From positions 1 to 55,259 of the forward strand of contig JAEUSG010000116.1 of NCBI GenBank assembly GCA_016788315.1: a DNA stretch of 55,259 nucleotides, in the 5' to 3' direction. The position numbers and the translations under genes were made by a program. The notes under the pieces are model-generated. The model saw only the letters and a program-made list of their open reading frames with translations, ran no database searches and was not told the DNA's origin. The DNA comes from Fibrobacterota bacterium (GTDB lineage Bacteria > Fibrobacterota > OXYB2-FULL-49-7 > JAEUSG01). Below are positions 39,901 through 46,050 of this stretch, piece by piece (the stretch's first letter is position 1; every line of letters begins with the position of its first letter).

Positions 39901-40780
39901 CCTCCGCATCAGAACCAGCGGTATGGTCGAAGGGCAGTATTATCGTCTGATGCTTGACAGCGCACAGACTCCATGGACCTTTGTTGCCAATTTCAGACCC
40001 AACATATTTTCGACCCGTAAAATCCATTTCGGCAACAACTATCATGGCAACGGCTGGGAAGTGGGTCACAGGTGGGATGGCGACATCGGCTATAACATGG
40101 TTGCCTGGGATGCTGTGAGCTGGTACGATTGGGATCCGGCTACGATTACAGATTCTTCCACACGCGGCTGTATCGGACTGGGATACAGCGCACCTTACGG
40201 CACGGAATGGCTCAAAGTCGTGGTCAGCCGTGAAGTACGGGATTATCTGTTCAGCGCATATGTGCGGGCCGATTCTCCCCGTAAGCTGCAGGTCGAAGAT
40301 ACCATGATGTGGAACAGCCGGCCTTCGGCTGGAGGAGTGGTTCGAACGGACAGTATTCCCCTTTTGGTGAAAGATGGCTGTGTTGACATGGTCTGGCAGC
40401 ATCTGACCAATATTCAGGTAATTCCGGTGTTCAAGTACTTCAAGAGCGTCAACTTCAAACCGATTGCTGTGGAAAAGAGTTCTAATGAAGGGGCAGATAA
40501 TTCATTTATTGTAAACTACCCCAATCCCTTTAATCCGGAAACACGGATAAGTTTTGCACTAGGCCGCGGGATCTCGCTAGCTCAGGCGCACCTCGTTATT
40601 TATGATGTGTCCGGCCGGATAGTTCAGCAGTTCACACCTGCTGTCCGCAGTGGACAGGTATGCACAGTGCTCTGGAATGGCCATTCTCAGAATGGAAAAT
40701 CCGTTGCCAACGGCATTTACTATGCACGCCTGAATGCAGGTTCCAAAGTGCTGATTCGGAAACTGGTTTTTATGAAATAG
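36914..40780 (+). CDS. very large secreted protein, PcRGLX(PL26)-like N-terminal domain, T9SS sorting domain (paralog B, high-GC)
   Basis: Signal peptide MRILSALLVLIFSATALHA. The N-domain LKIPLTVKDG...PVKVGVPLPMG...FRVVDASGNTVPAQFDVLARWWPRNTSIRFVLVQF is colinear with 27436..30483. The C-terminus reads NYPNPFNPETRISF...GIYYARLNAGSKVLIRKLVFMK. GC content is clearly higher than in neighbouring genes. Confidence 0.45.
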   Translation: MRILSALLVLIFSATALHAALKIPLTVKDGASAGNITQYPVKVGVPLPMGTYDNTANFRVVDASGNTVPAQFDVLARWWPRNTSIRFVLVQFLTDVNSGSRSRYFLQDDGSGNAATGVQISEDAARYSVNAGKVQFEVKKNSFNIIDRLWYDVNNNGTFETAEEMLKSGQGNGAALTDTLGNVTCDTAKTGLKFTMEESGPVRMVLKVESPTDTAQNGWGFIVRIQAYYNQPFVVLDYYLKNSAYGATGHHLSYSKFALVNNLSSLGSATVRAGGALADNAGAYEAALGSSAVTDVATAWSTYTVNGSVKSGIAAGYVDLSDNVKGMMAVVRKFSYLWPTGLEVTADKKINVNLWPQGSHRMLDETRRSHQVLLYFHPGSATQADLFKQAKIFQQYPVPVLQPTWYAQTHAFSDWGGVGFPSDTTWNEALYNPPTSYAGTGNSLATGWWNWGGSPGRRNSSGGGGWPGYLDDYVSCGSPAYFYHADDVARHTAEMRPMWMDNFQYGTDNRLVKIEYPPACGLRAPNAGLDSTTWTSWDYEHIWIYEILQYYFMSGERFCQDYLKMQADFTMLSNWDLSIADTMKPPYYHDFTRSHGQSIRTAVDAYKATGEERYLKIIKAYAQYFVDNAKSPYGIFCLKPFMSSFISSSGFDIYFLLPENTSEERILKERFLRVLQSAGNGAVYWGGNNTASCPKAWGQAYQYRADSVYVRPTPSGIEGEFYYVSYYMNHLGLSYFLFGDTVYRSLIGRSNPNGAVLNPPQSFMAAPVGSAPANYYRGASAAWYNPEQKKSVMPPRITTLKAVSSHDRVVALQWTSVGGDAYKLCWSNKPIVNKLGRVAPLDSGDIYLPYPDTVKAFTNIYRAIPLDITGKPKTSGQTELFTTATLPDSLIGKKVYFILQAVNIASDVDQCRGAISNLDSIVLDSAKGTFGPADSTVFPRTVRSVYTMNSGELMVVLNNPVTGGSALTWGVALAHAAKGTQLTISSVELDTNCKTLLRIRTSGMVEGQYYRLMLDSAQTPWTFVANFRPNIFSTRKIHFGNNYHGNGWEVGHRWDGDIGYNMVAWDAVSWYDWDPATITDSSTRGCIGLGYSAPYGTEWLKVVVSREVRDYLFSAYVRADSPRKLQVEDTMMWNSRPSAGGVVRTDSIPLLVKDGCVDMVWQHLTNIQVIPVFKYFKSVNFKPIAVEKSSNEGADNSFIVNYPNPFNPETRISFALGRGISLAQAHLVIYDVSGRIVQQFTPAVRSGQVCTVLWNGHSQNGKSVANGIYYARLNAGSKVLIRKLVFMK

Positions 40781-40812
40781 ACTTTAGACAAAGAATCTAA
40801 ATAAACTGGAAT

Positions 40813-40857
40813 GCACTTCAATCCACCACCCTTTGCAGGAGAGGTGGATTGAAGTGC
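40813..40857. terminator. 15-bp perfect inverted repeat (bidirectional hairpin) between convergent genes
   Basis: GCACTTCAATCCACC (40813-40827), a 15-nt loop, then GGTGGATTGAAGTGC (40843-40857). There is no clear U-tract on either strand. Confidence 0.5.
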
Positions 40858-40890
40858 CTATCTATGCAAGCTGTGAAATTAATACAAAAC

Positions 40891-43776
40891 TTATTTTGCA
40901 AGTATCATCCTTGCAGCAACAACTCTGCTTTTTTGAGTTACCTTGCATATGTAAACCCCTGCTGACATAGGAATATTTACGTCATCTCTTCCATTCCATA
41001 TGAACTTATGTAAACCATTACCATAAATGCCATCTGCCAACACTCTAACAACTCTTCCTTCTAGATTGTAAATCGTTACATTAAGTCTGTCAGATACACT
41101 TTTACCGGAAATCATTACAGAAATCGTCGAAGCGGGATTAAATGGATTTGGAGAAACCTGGATGCTATAATCATCAATATTTACATTTTCATAAAACCCC
41201 TCAGATGCTGTTTGTGATGTAGTGAAATCGGGACAATTATCAAGCATGTAATTCATTCGTACTCTGATAATCCTGACATTGATATCATCGGACACATATA
41301 CACAATTGTCTGATGCAGCCGCTGCCATGGGCATGAACATTGGAATGCGTGACCCATCACCTTTACTGTCAGAATTTCCATACTCTCCAAATTCCATTAT
41401 CAGGTTATTTGCATTATCTACAACACGAACTTTTCCTGAAATACCGTTCGGCACAAAGAGACGGCCATAAGCATCGACATCAAAACGGGGGCTGCGGCAG
41501 ATACAGGCATTACCCGGGTCTTCACTAAATGGTGCGATACCTGCCTTCGTGTAAACTGATACTGCATTATTGACAGTAGTAGAAGTAAACCCTCCTGTTA
41601 AACTAGATGATAAATCAAATTTGGCGATTACACCTGTTGCAGCACGGTATATAGCATCCGAGATAAAATCTGAAGGCACATCCATTTCAGAAGTAAAGCA
41701 GCGGCCTCCTGCAGCATAAATATTCCCTTTGCGATCAAACTGTACTCCTGCACTCGTATTTAGTTTGGTAGATAGTACAGTATCCTTAATCAGACTGCCT
41801 GTGGAATCATAAAGTGCATATGTACGACGATCCAGAAATAACATTCTACCATCATTACTTACTGCAAAACCTTTTGTCCCGATACCTCCATATGCTGCGC
41901 CCTGAATGTAGGTGTCATTGCTTATGTTGTCTGCAAGAATATTGGTCCCTTTTGCAACATAGTTGGCTGGTTCATGGAGATGATTCAAAGTGTACCGTGC
42001 AATTTTATAGCCGGTTTGTGTATAAAGAAGACCATTAAAACCTATCTGAACTTCGGCAGCAGTCAGTTTCTGACCAGAAGAAGTGGAACAAATTGACATA
42101 AATGGATTATTCCAGTTTTCTACTTTAAAGAGTCCATGAAAATTATTTGTCACGACGACCTGATCGGTTGCTGCATCAGCATCCATTCGTGTAAGATATC
42201 CGCTCCAGGCGTCTCTATATTGAGTACCGCCTGTATATGCAGAATCCTGAAAACGGCTTATCAAAGTGAAATTAGCACCATCGTCACGGACACCCCAAAT
42301 TCCCTGATTATTTAAGCCATATCCAAGATTACCGGACAACCAAACAACAGGTTTATCAGAAGCCTGGTTTACAACCAAATAACTTTTTGCCCCGGCGGTA
42401 AAGGAAAATGTTGCCATAACTGTTGGCGAATTTCCCCGCCAGTCAGAAATCTTTTTAAGTACAGTTGGCAAATTCAGTCTTCGTGCAACAAGATAAATTT
42501 CACCTGTTTTTCTGTTAACAGCTATGTTATCTGGAGACATCTGCGGAATGGCCTTTATAAAATTTCCGGTTGTATCATATATACCGATACAATTACGGAC
42601 TCGGTCACAAATAAATATATGACCGCTGTCGTCTGTTGTCACCCCGTTAATTGCGGCATCAGGCCCGACTCCAGGAAATCCAGTACGATTAGATGCAAGT
42701 AGTGAATCTTTTGATATTGTAATTATGGATGTAGTTTTACCTGTAGCGAGATCAACTTTATAAACCTGCCCGTCACGCCAGGAACTGAAAGTATCAACAT
42801 AACCTGTTCCCCATCCGTTACTTCCTCCGGTACTAACCCAGCCATAGATACCGCTAATAAGCACAGATTTATGGTCGGGAAACCATGTCATATACAATGG
42901 TCCGCTATAGAGCGGTGCTAACGCTGGTGATTTTATAAGACTTCCTCTATTGTTGATAACTGAATTCAGAGAGATATCAAGTGCACCGTTGAATACACGA
43001 CTGAATAATCCAACATTATTTACACGACTGTACTTGAAAGCCAATACCCGTCCATCAATTACTTCTGGGAGCATGAAACCAGAGAATCTGTTTAGAGTCA
43101 AAGCACCGGCACGATAGGCAAGATCGGCTAAAGTAGAAGTGCGATAGCGATAACCACCATCATTCAGAAACATTATCTCATAAGGTACCAATGCAGCACG
43201 ATCCATGCCGGATGGAAAAGGCATTATAGTCTTTTTGTAAGCACCACTTGCGCCATCGTAAGCTCGCATTGAGATGACACTACCTACTGTACCTGTTCCA
43301 AGTACATAAAGAGTGCCGTTTGAATCAACAGAGAGACCAAAAAAATTCTCTGACTCATTAGCAGAAGCACCAAACCAGTAATTGCTGCTTTTTTGAATAC
43401 CTCGCTCCATTAGTTTGTCAGCCATTCCTCCATAAAGTGGATGCATATCAGCTCGTACACGGGCACCCAGACCGGCTATTCCAATTACATTAATACCATC
43501 ATCATTCAGACCATCCCATTCAACGCTTTGTTGAAGCGAATTTTGCGCAAACGGAGCAGGTGCATTTGCTCCAAGCCTTCCCGCACAAAGATGTCTGACA
43601 ACTTTTCTATTAATTGTATCAACAATAGAGACCTCTACATCGGTATATTCCGATAAAGTAAAATCGACATATTTTTTTCCATTATCAGACCTGAAACCAG
43701 GCCCAGATACAAAATTCGGAATGGCACATGTGATAGCAGAGATGAACAAAACTAAACTTTTGAGAAGGGTACACAT
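40891..43776 (-). CDS. secreted NHL-repeat beta-propeller protein with N-terminal Ig-like module and T9SS sorting domain (paralog B)
   Basis: Credible start at the internal ATG (MCTLLKSLVLFISAITCA). Colinear with 33432..36335 (EYTDVEVSIVDTINRKVVRHLCAGRLG vs EPSDVEVAIIDTVTKSIIRHLAAGRIG; GHIFICDRVRNCIGIYDTTGNFIKAI). The C-terminus reads VSPNPFNPASTISV...GVYICKVTQKSRVVAARMILAK. Confidence 0.65.
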   Translation of the reverse strand: MCTLLKSLVLFISAITCAIPNFVSGPGFRSDNGKKYVDFTLSEYTDVEVSIVDTINRKVVRHLCAGRLGANAPAPFAQNSLQQSVEWDGLNDDGINVIGIAGLGARVRADMHPLYGGMADKLMERGIQKSSNYWFGASANESENFFGLSVDSNGTLYVLGTGTVGSVISMRAYDGASGAYKKTIMPFPSGMDRAALVPYEIMFLNDGGYRYRTSTLADLAYRAGALTLNRFSGFMLPEVIDGRVLAFKYSRVNNVGLFSRVFNGALDISLNSVINNRGSLIKSPALAPLYSGPLYMTWFPDHKSVLISGIYGWVSTGGSNGWGTGYVDTFSSWRDGQVYKVDLATGKTTSIITISKDSLLASNRTGFPGVGPDAAINGVTTDDSGHIFICDRVRNCIGIYDTTGNFIKAIPQMSPDNIAVNRKTGEIYLVARRLNLPTVLKKISDWRGNSPTVMATFSFTAGAKSYLVVNQASDKPVVWLSGNLGYGLNNQGIWGVRDDGANFTLISRFQDSAYTGGTQYRDAWSGYLTRMDADAATDQVVVTNNFHGLFKVENWNNPFMSICSTSSGQKLTAAEVQIGFNGLLYTQTGYKIARYTLNHLHEPANYVAKGTNILADNISNDTYIQGAAYGGIGTKGFAVSNDGRMLFLDRRTYALYDSTGSLIKDTVLSTKLNTSAGVQFDRKGNIYAAGGRCFTSEMDVPSDFISDAIYRAATGVIAKFDLSSSLTGGFTSTTVNNAVSVYTKAGIAPFSEDPGNACICRSPRFDVDAYGRLFVPNGISGKVRVVDNANNLIMEFGEYGNSDSKGDGSRIPMFMPMAAAASDNCVYVSDDINVRIIRVRMNYMLDNCPDFTTSQTASEGFYENVNIDDYSIQVSPNPFNPASTISVMISGKSVSDRLNVTIYNLEGRVVRVLADGIYGNGLHKFIWNGRDDVNIPMSAGVYICKVTQKSRVVAARMILAK

Positions 43777-43888
43777 AAACGGCTCCTTTTTTTTGTAAAC
43801 ACTCTTGTAACAACAGGTGACCAATAGATATCTCTAAGCAAAAATAAAGGCAGGCAATATTAACCAAATCTCTGGAAAACCACAGTAA

Positions 43889-43935
43889 CTGTCTGGTAGA
43901 ATTGCATATTTTTGTGTCGTTTTACTACCATACAG
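43889..43935. promoter_or_regulatory. imperfect inverted repeat CTGTCTGGTAG / CTACCATACAG (10 of 11) in a divergent promoter
   Basis: Arms at 43889-43899 and 43925-43935, 25 bp apart. The element ends 46 nt upstream of ATG 43982 of the membrane AraC gene. Confidence 0.2.
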
Positions 43936-43981
43936 TGTACAGAAACTTGAAAAATGAGATAATTAACTATATTTGGTGGAT

Positions 43982-45244
43982 ATGCACAATTATATGCGCC
44001 CTGTTTTGGGATACTTACTATTCTTTTCGGTTTTGTCTATTTTTGCAACAACATCACCAGAAAAGCCGCAACCTCTGGCTGTAAATGCAGTTTCAGTACC
44101 TGTCACAATAAATGGTTTTTTAAATGAATGGGGTGACTTTAAAAGGACCTATGAACGGGTGTACCTGGAGGATCCCTATATCACCAGAGCAGCATCGGAC
44201 CGAAATAAGGTGTGGTGTCGGCTTTTATGGGATCGTCACTACCTTTACATAGCATTCAAGGTTGAGGATTCACGACTTTTGGCCCGTACTCTGAATAATG
44301 ACGACTACATATTGAACGACGATGGAATTGAACTGTTCATCGACAAAAAAGATGATACATCTGCGACATGGAGTCCTGATGTCTATCACATCTTACTCGG
44401 TCTGAATAATAATCTGATGCAAAAACAGGGAATCGTTCCAGTTCCAGGTAATGGTAAGATCCAGCAAACAGTTATACATAATATTGACATAAAAAGTTTT
44501 GTCCGTGTGTCTGGCACTGTAAACAATAACAACGATATCGATTCAGGTTATCAGGCCGAAATAGCCATTGCATGGAAGAGTCTTGGTGTCAATTCTTGTA
44601 ACGGTTTTTCATTCCGTTTTAATTTTGCAATTAATGAATGGGACTCTTTATACATAGATACAACCGGTTCAGACAAGTTCACTGTTTATTACCACTATGC
44701 AGGCAATTGGGTGGAACCTCATGCCAACGTTCCTGCAAACTGGCAATCATTCATTCTTGAAGGAGGAGCTACTGTTTCGAAAGATGACAGTGGTTCCTCG
44801 AAAGCAAGTTTCGGCAAACTGCTTATTCCAGCTCTTTTCCTTTTGGCTCTGATTATTATATCCTCCATTTACTTTTTTGTATTACGTCGCCGTTCACAGG
44901 CCATAAGCAGTAAGCTGCGTAGTGAAATCGAATTTAAACTTAAGTCATATATCGACGAAAACTTCCGGAAAAAAGTATTACTTGAGGATTTTTGCAATCA
45001 GTATAATCTAGGTTTGCGCCAAGTCCAGCGCTGGCTGAAAAATGACCTCAACACAACATTTAATGAAATGTTGACAAAAAAGAAAATGAGCGAAGCCAAA
45101 CAGCAGCTTGAAATGACAGACAAGACCGTCTCAGAGATCTGTTTCGACCTCGGCTATAACGATACAAGCTACTTTACAAAGGTCTTCAGAGGCGCTTACG
45201 GTATAGCACCAACCGACATACGAAAAGCTGCAAGAAAGGGATAG
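43982..45244 (+). CDS. membrane-tethered AraC-family regulator: CBM9/DOMON-like ectodomain - single TM - cytoplasmic AraC HTH
   Basis: ORF begins at TTG 43973; ATG 43982 is preferred. N-terminal signal or anchor VLGYLLFFSVLSIFA. Ectodomain INGFLNEWGDF...VWCRLLWDRHYLYIAFKVEDS...DDGIELFIDKKDD is CBM9-like. TM helix LLIPALFLLALIIISSIYFFVL is followed by RRRSQ. C-terminal HTH reads VSEICFDLGYNDTSYFTKVFRGAYGIAPTDIRK. Confidence 0.7.
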   Translation: MHNYMRPVLGYLLFFSVLSIFATTSPEKPQPLAVNAVSVPVTINGFLNEWGDFKRTYERVYLEDPYITRAASDRNKVWCRLLWDRHYLYIAFKVEDSRLLARTLNNDDYILNDDGIELFIDKKDDTSATWSPDVYHILLGLNNNLMQKQGIVPVPGNGKIQQTVIHNIDIKSFVRVSGTVNNNNDIDSGYQAEIAIAWKSLGVNSCNGFSFRFNFAINEWDSLYIDTTGSDKFTVYYHYAGNWVEPHANVPANWQSFILEGGATVSKDDSGSSKASFGKLLIPALFLLALIIISSIYFFVLRRRSQAISSKLRSEIEFKLKSYIDENFRKKVLLEDFCNQYNLGLRQVQRWLKNDLNTTFNEMLTKKKMSEAKQQLEMTDKTVSEICFDLGYNDTSYFTKVFRGAYGIAPTDIRKAARKG

Positions 45245-45253
45245 CTTACGAAT

Positions 45254-45271
45254 ATAGCTGGTAGCAGCTAT
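45254..45271. terminator. small hairpin ATAGCTG-GTAG-CAGCTAT between convergent genes
   Basis: 7-bp perfect stem with a 4-nt loop, read directly. It overlaps the stop codon of the minus-strand ORF. Confidence 0.3.
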
Positions 45272-46050
45272 CTAACCATCGTAAGCTTCTTTACAATACT
45301 CTTTCCTGAGTATTCTGCCTTTACGAAATATACTCCTGTTGATGATGTTTTCCCTTTTGTATCCTTTCCACTCCAGACAATGCCTTTTGCAGCTGCGCCA
45401 ACAGTTGTATTTTCTGTGTACACCACTCTACCATCCGATGATATTACCGAAAGTCTGATTGCTTTTTGCGGATCTGTACCATAGGCAGCTCCAGTAAATT
45501 TGATAGTTACCATCGGATTGAATGGATTCGGCGCTGCTGTCAACGAAGAGCCGTTTATATATTCGCCGTCTAATACAGGATCTTCTGTGGACTCAGTATA
45601 TGTCCAGTCGATAATCGGATTTTTCCTGTAGTTACTCTTATTGTTAAGATAGAATAGATAGGGCTGAAAGACCGTCATATCATATTTTCCGCCGAAGCCG
45701 TGATCCCATTGTCTGAAAATTCCATTCTTTCCATCCATTGCGAAAGTGTTCATCTTTCTTTCAAACACTGTGTCGCCCGTGAAATAGAACAGTCGCGCAA
45801 GTTCTCCCGGTATTCTGAAATTGCTGGCCGTTGTTGTTGATGGTGAGGTAGTGTCGGCATATCCCCAGCCGTGATAAAGAATATTGCATTTAGGACTGAA
45901 AACAGAATCCTTGAAACATGTAACCCTTCTTGTAAAGTAATTGTTCAAGCTGTCATTCCAGAAGTTTTCAGAATACTCAATCCAGATATTTGCTGATGCT
46001 GACTCAATTGGAACGGCTGACAGTATCGTTTGCGGCGATGCATTTATCAT
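45268..46050 (-). CDS. leaderless ORF carrying a T9SS sorting domain (probably a 5'-truncated cargo gene)
   Basis: 260 aa. The C-terminus reads AAPNPFNPMVTIKF...GVYFVKAEYSGKSIVKKLTMVR. The N-terminus MINASPQTILSAVPIES is not a signal peptide. The first 110 nt overlap the opposite-strand ORF 45941..48262. Confidence 0.45.
   Translation of the reverse strand: MINASPQTILSAVPIESASANIWIEYSENFWNDSLNNYFTRRVTCFKDSVFSPKCNILYHGWGYADTTSPSTTTASNFRIPGELARLFYFTGDTVFERKMNTFAMDGKNGIFRQWDHGFGGKYDMTVFQPYLFYLNNKSNYRKNPIIDWTYTESTEDPVLDGEYINGSSLTAAPNPFNPMVTIKFTGAAYGTDPQKAIRLSVISSDGRVVYTENTTVGAAAKGIVWSGKDTKGKTSSTGVYFVKAEYSGKSIVKKLTMVR

Noticed and set aside
39455-40402. 315-aa minus-strand ORF (plus the 37965..38399 and 37814..38143 ORFs) inside the 1288-aa gene
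   Set aside because: These are shadow ORFs caused by the locally high GC content. The plus-strand frame is continuous from its signal peptide to its sorting domain and is homologous to 27436..30483.
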